From NCBI GenBank assembly GCA_030264375.1, contig JASCQW010000001.1, positions 140,929,838 to 140,993,837 on the forward strand: DNA of 64,000 nt, in the 5' to 3' direction. This DNA is from Carcharhinus longimanus (taxonomy: Eukaryota). Within the stretch, counting starts at the first letter, position 1, and each line of letters opens with the position of its first letter. Positions 35,531 through 47,842 of this stretch are shown here, piece by piece. The notes beneath the pieces are model-generated. The model ran no database searches, was not told the origin of the DNA, and saw only the letters and a list, made by a program, of their open reading frames with translations. Position numbers and translations under genes: made by a program.

Positions 35531-37595
35531 CTGGATGAATAAACAATGACAGCCCATATGTATACCATTCAAAGGCCTGAAGCTTGCATAAATTATGTGT
35601 GCAATGCAAGTGTTGATGAAAGTGAGACAAACTAGAATATATGTTATACATGATAAATTTCTCTATACACTACATGTCTGGATAACTTGCAACTGTAAAT
35701 GATAGTGCATGCAAAGTGTATTATTTTCTACTTCTTGTGAAAAGGGAGTTGTTTGGCAAAATGCTTTTGTGCCATAGTCATGTGACCTCTGAGTCATGTG
35801 ACCTCTGTCATGCCTTGGAAAGGAAAAGATTGCAACAGAAGCCATTTTACCCAGCAATGGAACAGGTATTGAGCCAACAACTGCAAAGGTTTTAACCCTA
35901 AATTGAATTCAAGGTCATCATTCAATGGACAGATTATAACATTGGCTCTGGAGACTGTATATTGTGTTCCTGCCAAAGACTCCATTTGAAAGAACGAGAT
36001 AGACCTGGCTGGAGGGGGTATAATATTTCAGGATCAGTAAGGGAGAAGTACATTTTGGTAACTGATGTCCATGCTCCTTAACCTTAAAGCTTTGTTACAC
36101 ATGGTAGTAATGTGTAGCAGAAGGTTATGAGACAGCATTATAACTGTTCAAAGATTTAAAGATTTGGACAGTAGGGTAATTAGATTAACTAACAATTGAT
36201 TCGGTTTGAGTGTATTCCGTTTTGTAATTGATGGAATCTGTTATTGAAATTCTTATATAAATGTATTGTCAAATTCCATTAATGAATCAAATAAAATCAA
36301 ACAAATTCTACTCAAGAATTCTGTTTAACAGGTCCAGTCTTAACATCTGTTTTCACTTCTATTAAGGTGCACACACAAAAGGAAACATGCATTTTAACAC
36401 AAGTTGGTTAAAAATGGCACACATGTCATAGTTTTCAACCCAGCTCCACAAAGCTTACAGAGGACATTCGCAGCTTTAATTGACTTTGCCTGCTCACTTT
36501 TTCTCCCTCCTCACTTCCCCCTCCCCCAATATACCATTAAACACTGTTCTATTGTGGACTGTCAACACCATTCCTTTGATTTTCTTCACAGTTAACTGAC
36601 TCCACTACCACTTTGCCCCACCTCCTCACAGTGTCAATTTTATGAAGGAAATGCCGTAATAATCACTGCAGCTTATCATTAGGTTTCAACTTGTGTTTTT
36701 GTTCATTATTCTGGGGGAAAGTGAAAAAAAGGAGACAGCGTTCTTCACAACAGAGCTGGTGTGCAACATGCAGTCATTGTCATGTAAAGGAAAGACTGAG
36801 GGATTTCTCAAGCAGGAGTTCTATTTGGAAAAAAGTGGCCCAACTTGTTCATATAAGTTCAAAGAGAAAAGAAGGCTCAGATCTAGAGCCAATTAATCAT
36901 AGCTTTTGCCAGAAAAAAATCTCCCCATTCCCCAAATTCCCCAATACTTACACTGGAGCAGTTACAATTGCTGCTTGTGGCTCCAATGCAGTTTTCCCTA
37001 TATTGTGGAATAGCAGTGCTAAAACCATAATAAAATGGTGACTCCCAATCCCAGTGGCTGGATTAAGTTCACAACCTGTGGTGATGTTCCCTACCTACCC
37101 TGGCAGATAGAAGTGCTGCCTCATAATGGAGTATTAATCACCGTCAGACTGAGAAAAGCTATGATAATGGCTGGTGCGAGAAATGGAAAAGGTCACACGG
37201 TAGGCTTCGGTCTGCTCTTCAGAAGTCAGAGTTATGGCTTACTGTTTTTCCGGAGATTTATTTGCCAGTTTTCTCCCCTTTGCCCTTTAATAAGCTGTCA
37301 CGTTGCGACAACAAACACTTTCTAATACTTTACACGAATGGCCTTTATTCATGTGCAACATTTCACAGTGAATATCACTTTGTGACAAGGGAGGGCATCA
37401 GATCAGAGCCCACTCTTACTCATACACACCCACGTGCAGGAATTCAATCCAGAGTGAGACGGGTACTAATTTTCCTTTTCCTAACTTAAACACACTGAAG
37501 CTGATTGTCACGTCTGCACCAACAGCTCATCTTCAATCAGATAACCTAGTAGAGTTTAGAGACTAAACCTGAAAACATTATAATTATAATCAGCA

Positions 37596-38092
37596 AAGAG
37601 GGAGTGCAGCGAAGGTATACCAGGTTGATTCTGGGGATGGTGGGACTGACGTATGAGAAGAGAACAGACTAGGTTAGAATTGTTTTTGCTGGAGTTCAGA
37701 TGTATGAAGGGGGATCTCATAGAAACTTATAAAATTCTAACAGGACTAGACAGGGTAGATCCAGGAAGGATATTCCTGATGGTGGGGGAGTCCCGAACCA
37801 CGGGTCATAGACTGAGGATTCGGGATAGATCATTCAGGACAGGAAACATTACTTCACCCAAAGAGTGGTGAGCCTGTGGAACTCATTAGTGCAGGAAGTA
37901 GTTCATCCCAAAACATTGAATATATTCAAGAGGCAACTAGATATAGCACTTGGGGTGAATGGGATCAAAGGTTATAGGGAGAAAGCAGGATGAGGCTATT
38001 GAGTTGGACAATCACTCATGATCGTGATGAATGATGGAGCAGGCCTGAAGGGCCAAATGGCCTCCTGCTTCTATCTTCTTTTTTTCTATGTT
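37596..38092 (+). mobile_element. CR1 LINE 3' fragment
   Basis: LEFRCMKGDLIETYKILTGLDRVDPGRIFLMVGESRTTGHRLRIR; tail GGGCCAAATGGCCTCCTGCTTCTATC. Confidence 0.9.
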
Positions 38093-38094
38093 TA

Positions 38095-38760
38095 ATATCT
38101 TGTATTTATACAGCATCTTTAAGACATTAAACCATCTCAAAGGGCTTTACAGCAGTGAAGTGTGTCACCCAGCCACAGAGGGCACTTTGAGGACAGGTGA
38201 TGAAAAGTTTGGTGCAAGAAGTCAGTTTTAAGAAGTCTAAAGGAGAAAAGCAAGATTGAGAGATGGACAAGTATACAGAATGAGTTCCAGAGTCTAGGGT
38301 CAAGGCAGTTGAATGCATGGCCGCAATGGTGGAGCAATTAAAATCATGCATGCTCAAGAATTCTGAATTAGTTGACTGGAGGTAACTTGAACATATGGAG
38401 GAGATCACCAAGAGGCGTGATGCCATGATGGAGTTTGAAATCAGGGAAATGTTAAAAACAAAATTTTGAATAACTAGGAACCAGTGATGGCAAACGGTCA
38501 TAGAACTGATGAGGAATGGGACGTCATGGGAGGGAGGACATGAACAATAAAGTTTTAGACAATCTCAAGTTTATGGAGGATAGAGTGTGAGAGTTTGACC
38601 TTGAGTACTTCAGAATATTCAAGCCCAGAGGTAATAAGTAAAGAATGATCACTTCAGCAGCAGATAAGCTAGGGTGGAGTCGGGTCATGTTTCAGAGATA
38701 GAAATGTGCAGCCTTAGTGATGGCATGAGTATGTGACTGGAAGCTTGGGGTCAAATACAA
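38095..38760 (-). mobile_element. L2 LINE 3' fragment
   Basis: Minus strand GHAFNCLDPRLWNSF motif and tail …AAAGATGCTGTATAAATACAAG. Confidence 0.65.
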
Positions 38761-38994
38761 AAACAAGGTTGCAGTCAGCCTTGTCCAACAAGGCATGGAG
38801 TGGACTAAGTAGCTGGAAAACAGATTTAGTGGTAGGAGCTGAAGTCAATGGGCAGAGAGGGACTGAGAAGCAAGTGTTTGTGTGTAATCAGGTGGGAGAA
38901 TGCAGTTCAAAACACCATCACCATTGCAATATACCCACAAGTAATTCCGAGGCTGAAGGCATAAATACAGCCTTCCCACCAGGAAGCAAATTGG

Positions 38995-39142
38995 CTGGCA
39001 ATGGGATTTTCCAGTCCTGCTGATGTTAACGTCGTTTAGCATTGTTTGCCAGCTGTACCTCCAGGGAATCTGCCTTGATGGGGTTTGTCATCGGCGGGAC
39101 TGGAAAATCCTGCTGGCAAGAAGGGCTCGAAAATTCAGTCCT
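38995..39142. mobile_element. MITE-like element with internal inverted repeats
   Basis: GGATTTTCCAGTCCTGC…GCGGGACTGGAAAATCC; homologous to 49960-50098. Confidence 0.55.
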
Positions 39143-42100
39143 TAAAGTGTACTGTTGAGAAAGAATTCAGGCAGCTCTATTTCTGAAAACATCCCGTACT
39201 ATGATCTTGGAATTCTCACCAATAACACCATAAAACCAGGTCATTTCCCAACCTTGACACCTTGAAGAGCGCAAATAGTCAGCAGAAATAGAAATAAAGC
39301 ACAGCTGTAAATATACTCAGTTGTCTTCTAAATTAATCAATAAGCTCACAGTATAGTGTATAGTGTGGGCTGCATGACTCATGTTGAAAGCATAACCTTT
39401 AATACTTAGCTCAAAATACTGAGCAGAGAGCCCTGGAGGTCTACAGACTATCAGACATCAACCAAAAATGGTTTACAAAGCCACAGAACATTATTGCACA
39501 CATTTCACACTTTAAAATATACAGGGGTGGTTCACCTGCTTTGCAGATCCGACAACAATAGTAGAAATGTAGTCTTACAGGAGACTGTCTGGAATTCTGT
39601 TATAAACTATCAGACATGACAGCAGCAGAGCCCTCTCACTACAGGGGGTAGCATCGCCTTACATCTGAGGGCTCGGTGTTCAATCAAAGCCTGTTTCATT
39701 TACCAAATGAATTTTGCTGGATTTTACCCAGTCAAGAAAGTGATATTGACTCTTTCTTCCTTTTCCTTATCCCTGCCCCCACATAACAGGGACGGGTCCA
39801 GTCACAAATTGCCTCTGAGTGGTAAGCATTTCAATTTGCAGTGCAGGAAATTACTGTGTGTGAGTGAACGAGGTCAACATGGGGTGAGTAATGCTGAACC
39901 ATCGTATCACCTCAAGTATATAATTATGTGTCCAGCTGACTTCTGTAACAAAAGGTAAAATCAAAGGTAAAATGAAAGTGTTGCAAAAAGGGTGTTGTAC
40001 ATCATACTGTATGTACCTTGTGCTAATGTCCCAAGCTGACTGTAGGACATCAATGATCCCTAACTTAAACCAGATTACCATCTGGTAAAATATATAATGC
40101 AGACACGCAGTGTGGAGAAGCCCAAAATGGATGTCCCCTTCCCCTGTGACCTTCACAGGCCAGGGGAACCAGCAGGAACTGATTTAGTGTGAAGCCTAAC
40201 AAGTTATGCTTCAGTTTCATTGTCATTTCCTGCTAGCTGGGGATTCTGAGATATCACTTGGAAACAACACAGGAAGTCAAGCAACCCTGTACATTGTCAG
40301 TGTACCGGCATTCATGAAATATTTATTGGATCAGTGTGTGACAGGGGTGGGGAGTGGGGTGGTGGGAGGGAATGAATTGATTCTCATTTCCCAACTCTCT
40401 GACAATCACTGCCTTACACCACTGGGACATCCTGAGTTGATTGATTCTAATGAAGGTGCGCAGTGTCTGTGCGTGCAGAGTATTTCCTATTCTATGAGCA
40501 ATAAGAGAATGTATTTTACATTAAACTTCCTAGCAGACCCTGTTTAAGTGAAGTATAAAGATGAAGCATTCAAAAGCTCTGTGCTCAGGACTGTGGGAAG
40601 TTCGAATGTGCCCTCGGATTCCAAAGGGATTTTTATGAGTCTCTGTTGCTGTTTGGAAAATCAGGGGCATTGCACATTCAAATTTATGCTGTGTGTCTCC
40701 AGCAGCTGTGATTGTCAGCTTGCAACGCAGCCTCGTAAATATAATCCGGCTGTTTCTTATTTGACTTTAGATGTTCTTAAACCTGATCCCTGTCCTGCCA
40801 ACTTTGCCAGCACTCTAATGTAAATTATTGCCCAGGCAGAGGACACAGGGGCAAATTGGGGGTCACGCGCCTGTGATGTAGCCTGCCTGATTTCTCATCC
40901 ATTTAAATTAATGAACAGCATTTCAGTCAAGATCCATAATTGATGGGTGGCTGTGTGAACACCAAGAGGGTCCAGGCTTATTTCCAGGCATGTGGCAAGT
41001 CAACTAATACCAGCTGAAGCAGCAAGCATGGTCTTGCGATTGACTTCAAGGTTCCTGTTTTATGGAGTAGGGGAAAATCAGCCAAGTATCCCACCAGGAA
41101 AGGACCCATGTGGATTTGGGTGGGACAGGACTTGAATCAATTATTGTCTGGCAGTCAAATATCCTGCTAATATTCACAGTCTATGCTCATTCATAAAGAA
41201 TGAACATGTGGGCAAGTTACCAGCGGGTGGCTGAGGAGCTGTACGAGACAAGTATATCACAACTTGTCTTGTCTGGTGACCTGATTTGCCCTGTCCTACA
41301 CTTGAAGGAAAGACTCCTTATTGCAAGTGACAGAATTAATTTTTGGAAGAAAAATCCTCTCTTGGGTATGACTGATTACAGCTCTTTTGTTTTCCAATAT
41401 GTTATTGCAAGAGCTTGTAAAACGAAACTCAAGTGGCTGGCAATGGCTGTCAGTGTGCCAATGGTTACACGAAACAGCCATAATAACAGAAAGCCTTCCG
41501 TGCTAGTGGGAGTGCTCCCAGCTAAACATTTTGTCCTAAGATGTGCCAAAGTAAGTATTTCCATAATTCAAATATAAAACTCTTAATTTGACCACACTCG
41601 CCAGTTTGGGTGTGTGCTCCTTAACACCAGTATTCAGAAATGTCTGGCTTGCATTTTTGGATTCCAACTTTGATTTAATCAAAAAAAGTAGGTCATTTTG
41701 TTGGAAAGATCAAATTGCCAAAAGTTGCTTCAGTGTCAAGCGACTGAAGCCAGTGGAATATAATAAATCATAACAGGCATTAAATTCAGGCAACCTGAAA
41801 CTTTCAATCTTTAACTTCAGTATGTCCAATTGGCAAATAGTAAAGGCTTTCAACTTCACTATGCAAGCGCACCAGCCTTCAATGGCTTGGCAGTTTCCTG
41901 TCATCATATCACTGCAAGGTCAACAACTGTTAAACCCTAGAAATTGGTCCACACTACTAGTACACTTCCAGTCATTGATGCAAACTATTCCAAGACCCTT
42001 CCAGCGGTGGTGCAGACTATGGATAGGCCTCCAAGTCAATGTAAGGGTATGAAATAAATTGAGAGCCCTAAGCTGGACTGCATTAGACAGGAATACCTAA

Positions 42101-42829
42101 AAACATGCTTGATATGATATAAAACAGTACACTCCCCTGAAAGGAAGAGGCTTGTTGTATCTGTCCAATTCAGAATCTTCAACCAGCTTCTTAATCAAAC
42201 TTTTAGCCAGGTCACTTGATTTATGAGAATAAAGCAGAAACAGAGATATATAACGCAACAAACTTTATTAAATATAGTTAACCTGTAAATTACCCACTAT
42301 ATACACAAGAAACACCCAGGGTTTGGCTATATTATCCATAAAGCTGGCTTGGTAGGCTGTAGATCCAGTCCATGAGTCCCTCTGGTCCATATACGTGAAG
42401 GTGATTCTCGCTGACCATTTGTTCCTTGCTTCCTTCCTTCCTTCTTTCTCTGGTCTGGCCTGGTTTCAGTCGTCTCCCTTGACCTTCTGCCAAGGGAGCC
42501 TCGGGAGGGGGTGGGGTCTCAGCACCCAATGGTCTAGTTGATGACCTGTTGACAGGGCACCCAAGCCTGAACCCGTGCCTTAGAGATCTAGGCTGTGAAT
42601 AATATGGCCACGCGTATCAAATAGGAGCAATGATCATTTAATGGGTTATTGAGGCCTGATCCAGATGTGGCCCAGCAGACTGCCTGAGTTCTGCATATTT
42701 GAACTTTGGCCAGGTGCAATTTTTGCTGACTGTAATTTAATTTAGAGTGCCCAATTCCTTAATTTCAAATATCCAATTTTATTTTGGGCTCTGTGCCATA
42801 AGGTCCACTTGTTTAATAAAGCAACCATT

Positions 42830-43680
42830 GTCATAACTGAGGAAAGAGACAGCGTTAAGCTAAAGAAAATGACTTGTGCAAATGTATGGAAAAGTGGGAA
42901 TCCAGCAAACTCAGAGAGCTATAAAAGCATCAAAGGTCTACAAGGAAAGTATTAAGAGGTGCAGAAAGGAAATATGAAAAAAACTTACAACCAATAAAAT
43001 CTAATAGCAGGGAGCACTATCTGATTGACAGATGGCAACATACTATCCCCCAGGGATCTGGAGTAATTTTTCACCATCAATGGCTTTGATGGAGCAATAG
43101 AGAGAGTTGTATAACCAAGTTTACAAATGTCTTGAAGCAAACTGTATAGATGAGAATGGAAGATGAATAAAGGGACTGAGATAGGCTGTGTTAACGAAAC
43201 TACATGAAGTAGCATTCAGTGTTGCAAAGCTTTCCATGTTAGATCTGATAACAGCAAATACTTCTTTTAAATTAGGAAAGTGGCTAAGAAATGTGGAAGA
43301 AGACAGGGATCCAGGTGCCCATGGAAACATTTACACAGGTACAAACAAAAATAATTGAATGATCTGTGGCCCTTTACCTCCAAAGGGTTAGAGAGCAAAA
43401 GTGAAGAGGAATTAGATAGGAATTGGATTAGGCTATTTAGCCTCTGGAGAATATTCCGCCATTCAAATGAATGAATGTCTGATCTGTGACCCAACTCCAG
43501 ATATCTATCTTTGTTTCATACCCCTTAAGACCTCTTTGATTATCAAAAATCTATCAAGTTTAAAAGCAATAATGACATTGCATCAATTGCCATTTGCTGC
43601 AGAGAGTTCCAAACTGCTACAGAAAGCAATTCTTCAGTTCTTGATCTGGCCACAACAACTGAAATAATATTTCTGCAACT
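42830..43680. mobile_element. Degenerate CR1 fragments in both orientations
   Basis: AGCAAAAAGGAAATATGAAAAAAA-like and GAAGACAGGGATCCAGGTGCCCATG ORF2 pieces (+), then an antisense CR1 3' end from ~43420. Confidence 0.5.
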
Positions 43681-43819
43681 TTCAATACATTCCTTGTAGA
43701 CCTTTAATGCTTTAATAGTTTTGATGGGGGGGGAGATCATGGAAAGGTTTGAAATCAAGGATGAGAATTTTAAAATCAAGATGTTGCTTGACCAGAAGCT
43801 AATGTATCTCACCAAGTAA

Positions 43820-44085
43820 AGGGGTGATAGAGGAATAGGACTGACTGTGAGTTAAGACACAGGGATGATCGAGGAATGGGACTCGCTGTGAATTAAGACA
43901 CAGAGGTGATAGAGGAATGGGACTCGCTGTGAGTTAAGACACAGGGATGATAGAGGAATGGGACTCGCTGTGAATTAAGACACAGGGGTGATAGAGGAAT
44001 GGGACTCACTGTGAATTAAGACACAGGGATGATAGAGGAATGGGACTCGCTGTGAATTAAGACACAGGGGTGATAGAGGAATGGG
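43820..44085. repeat. 41-bp minisatellite (at least 6 copies) running into a ~900-N gap
   Basis: Unit GACACAGGGGTGATAGAGGAATGGGACTCGCTGTGAATTAA; GACAC recurs at 43856, 43897, 43938 and 43979. Confidence 0.95.
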
Positions 44086-45479
44086 NNNNNNNNNNNNNNN
44101 NNNNNNNNNNNNNNNNNNNNNNNNNNNNNNNNNNNNNNNNNNNNNNNNNNNNNNNNNNNNNNNNNNNNNNNNNNNNNNNNNNNNNNNNNNNNNNNNNNNN
44201 NNNNNNNNNNNNNNNNNNNNNNNNNNNNNNNNNNNNNNNNNNNNNNNNNNNNNNNNNNNNNNNNNNNNNNNNNNNNNNNNNNNNNNNNNNNNNNNNNNNN
44301 NNNNNNNNNNNNNNNNNNNNNNNNNNNNNNNNNNNNNNNNNNNNNNNNNNNNNNNNNNNNNNNNNNNNNNNNNNNNNNNNNNNNNNNNNNNNNNNNNNNN
44401 NNNNNNNNNNNNNNNNNNNNNNNNNNNNNNNNNNNNNNNNNNNNNNNNNNNNNNNNNNNNNNNNNNNNNNNNNNNNNNNNNNNNNNNNNNNNNNNNNNNN
44501 NNNNNNNNNNNNNNNNNNNNNNNNNNNNNNNNNNNNNNNNNNNNNNNNNNNNNNNNNNNNNNNNNNNNNNNNNNNNNNNNNNNNNNNNNNNNNNNNNNNN
44601 NNNNNNNNNNNNNNNNNNNNNNNNNNNNNNNNNNNNNNNNNNNNNNNNNNNNNNNNNNNNNNNNNNNNNNNNNNNNNNNNNNNNNNNNNNNNNNNNNNNN
44701 NNNNNNNNNNNNNNNNNNNNNNNNNNNNNNNNNNNNNNNNNNNNNNNNNNNNNNNNNNNNNNNNNNNNNNNNNNNNNNNNNNNNNNNNNNNNNNNNNNNN
44801 NNNNNNNNNNNNNNNNNNNNNNNNNNNNNNNNNNNNNNNNNNNNNNNNNNNNNNNNNNNNNNNNNNNNNNNNNNNNNNNNNNNNNNNNNNNNNNNNNNNN
44901 NNNNNNNNNNNNNNNNNNNNNNNNNNNNNNNNNNNNNNNNNNNNNNNNNNNNNNNNNNNNNNNNNNNNNNNNNNNNNNNNNNNNNNNNNNNNNNNNNGAT
45001 CACCATTTTAACATAGGAGGCAGTAACAGTGGTGGTCAATGCTGATGCCTTGCAAAAGAGTTCAGCCATCCAGTGCTACAAGAAGATAAATGATTTCTCC
45101 CATTCTGCCAGGGTAAGTCACTCTTCTCATCACATCACATCTCAATTCACAAACTGACAACCCTTCACATCTCACGTAATGCCAAGGGACACCACCACTC
45201 ATTCTCCCATACACATCTTCATCTCCTCTGTGGGTCATCATCACTTCGCTAGCCCCATTTACTATCCACACATACCAGACATTCTTATCATCTGCCCTGG
45301 CATGTGTCCTGTTTTACATTCTCTCCGTCTGTCTTCATGTGGAACAAGCTGGTATACGTCAAGAAGGAGAGATCCCGGATGGGTGAAGGGATGCCAGAGC
45401 CAAAGATCTACATGGATATTAAAGAGAAAGCCTGACGCCAGTCAAGATTTATTAAGTAGTGTGTCCTGGAAAATTGTTT

Positions 45480-45880
45480 CCATCATTTTTCTGCCCCTGT
45501 CGGCTGTGAACCACCTTGAATGGCAGCACCTGTGTCCCACCTAAAAGACCACCGCAGCAACTCACCAAGGTTCTTGTGATAACATCTTCCAAACAGACAA
45601 CTTCCACCTCTGAGAAGGACAAGGGCAGCAGGTACAAGGGAACACTATCACCTGCTAGTTTCCCTCCAAGTTGCACATTATTCGACTTGGAAACATATCA
45701 TGGTCTTTCATTGTCAAAATCCTGGAAGTCCTCCCAAACAGCACTGTTGGTATTCCTACAACATAAACATTGCAGCAGATCAAGAAGGTAGAACATGAGC
45801 ATCTTCACAAGGGTAATTAGGGATAGGCAATAAATGGTGGCCTAGCTAGTGACACCCACATCTTATGAGCAAATAAAAGA
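45480..45880 (+). mobile_element. CR1-group LINE 3' fragment sharing its tail with family-B SINEs
   Basis: GAAGGACAAGGGCAGCAG…TCAAAATCCTGGAAGTCCTCCC…GGCAATAAATGGTGGCCTAGCTAGTGACACCCACATC. Confidence 0.65.
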
Positions 45881-46399
45881 AAGGTACTTAAGCAATATGG
45901 ATCACATTGGCACATAATGGAAAATCTGACATTGGAAGATTGTAACAGGTTGTTAGCTCTGATCTCTTCTAATGAACTTAGATTGGAAAAGGAGCTGGCC
46001 ATCTCCATTACAGATGTGCAATGCTCATCATCTGAATTTACTCCTCAAAGCAACATTTTATACTACCCCTCCTCACCCCAATGCTTAACAAAAATCTGTT
46101 TTCCAGAGGTGTACCAATGGAAGATATTGGGGAACAACTAAATGATAGAGTCTTCCTTAGAAAGGCCAAATTTAGTTGCTCATAGGAGTAACTGGAAAGA
46201 AACGGTATCCATGTCTGCATGGTTATCAATCAGTTACCAGTCACTGAGAAGTAAGCAGCAATTGATAAATGATCAGCTGACTTGGAGGCTGTCCATCAAT
46301 GCCAAAAGAAGCTTGCCCTAGGAAGGTAAGGCATTGTGACTGTGGGGGAATTGAATACAACATAGCAGAGATCTGAAATTTCCTTGTGCCTTTGAGAAG

Positions 46400-47466
46400 A
46401 ATGTCGCTACTCCTAGCCCCTGCTAAAGAATGCCTTTCTCATTTATACTTGATGCATTTGTTAACTTCACTATTCCCTTCTCCAACATCCTCACCTCCAA
46501 TAATAAATACAAGGAGCTCCTTGTCACTAAGATCAAGGCCATCCAATCAAGTGCCTTTGCCACTTTCCTGGCACTTCTCCCACTGAACCAAACTTCAGCT
46601 ATACTTTCCCACATGCCCTAGCACTGAACTCACATCTTCCTCAGATTTCCTTCAGTGCCTGTCTCGAGTCTTCCATTATTGCTAAATTACCAGATTGATT
46701 ATCTGACATCTGGTACTGGTTGAGCTGGGCTTTCATCCAATTAACCATTCAGGAGACTGAAATCATTGACCATTCCCTGCTACAAGCTCTGTTCCCTTGC
46801 TACCTACTCCCTGGAAATGGTCCAAGTTGGGACTAGACTATTTCCAATCATCCTTGTTATGACTTTTATTTCTACCTCCATTGCCCGACTTCACCCATCC
46901 ATTCCTTCAGCTGCTGCTGAAACACTCATACCTGTCTTTGTTTCCTCTAGAAATGACTTTTCTAATTCACTCTGAGTTGGCCTCCTGAAGCTATCCTCCA
47001 TAGCCCTGAGGTCACCCAAGGCAATGTTGCCTGTGTCCTCGCTCACACCTAATCACCTGTTATCACCCCTGAACTTGCCGACATTTGCTCCCAGATTTCA
47101 AAACTCACATTCTTATTTTCAAACGCCTCCATGATGTCACTGCTCCCTGTATCCATAATCCCCTCCAGCCCCATACTTCCCCAAGATTTCTGCACTCATC
47201 TAATTCTGGCCTCACAAACATTCTCAGTCTTTATTGTCCCGCCATTGTTTACCTCGGCTCTAAGTTCTGGAATTTCTTCCCAACCTCTCTCTGATTGTCT
47301 GTCTCTCTCTTTTTTGCCTTTACTATGCTCCTATCACCTACCTCTGTGACCAAGGTTTTTGTATCCCTAATACTGCTTTATGTAGCTTAGTGTCCAATTG
47401 TGTTTTATGATGCTCCCTTCTGATATTCTATTACTTTAAAGGCACTGAGTAAATGTTACTGTTGTT
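46400..47466 (+). mobile_element. L2 LINE ORF2/3' remnant
   Basis: SIARLHPSIPSAAAETLIPVFVSSRNDFSNSL matches the L2 motif NIARLRPxLSxxAAETLIHAFVTSRLDYSN; ends (TGT)n. Confidence 0.8.
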
Positions 47467-47544
47467 AATATAGTGGTTTACCACCATTGGAATCCAATAT
47501 ATAGCAAATCCAGCAGAAACCAGTGGGAAATAGAGCCATTCATA

Positions 47545-47842
47545 GGCAGCATGGTGGCACAGTGGTTAGCACTGCTACCTCACAGTGTCAGGGACTTGGG
47601 TTCAATTCCAGCCTTGAGTGACTGCCTGTGTGGAGTTTGCACATTCTCCTAGTGTCTGCATGGGTTTCCGCTGGATGCTCTGGTTTCCTCCCACAGTCTA
47701 AAGATGCGCCGGTTAGGTTAGGAGGAATCAATGAGTAAATATGTGGGGTTACAGAAATAGTACCTAGTGGGATGTGCTGTCAGAGAGTCAGTGCAAACTC
47801 GATGGGCCGAATGGCCTCCTTATACACTGAAGGATTCCATGA
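47545..47842 (+). mobile_element. HE1-type V-SINE, tail variant 1
   Basis: GGTGGCACAGTGGTTAGCACTGCTACCTCACAG…GATGGGCCGAATGGCCTCC. Confidence 0.85.

Noticed and set aside
41410-41556. Possible exon ending at GTAAGT (41551), with a GNGCQCANGY EGF-like look in one frame
   Set aside because: The cysteine-rich frame is closed by stops, the open frame is unrecognisable and the acceptor is weak.
42176-42190. CTTCAACCAGCT partial match to miR-133
   Set aside because: The seed and the precursor hairpin are absent.
43820-44085. Regular repeats that could resemble a CRISPR array
   Set aside because: Units are contiguous with no unique spacers, there are no cas genes, and the context is eukaryotic.
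43975-45069. Longest ORFs in the track (311-364 aa), and others containing X runs
   Set aside because: Artefacts of reading through N gaps.
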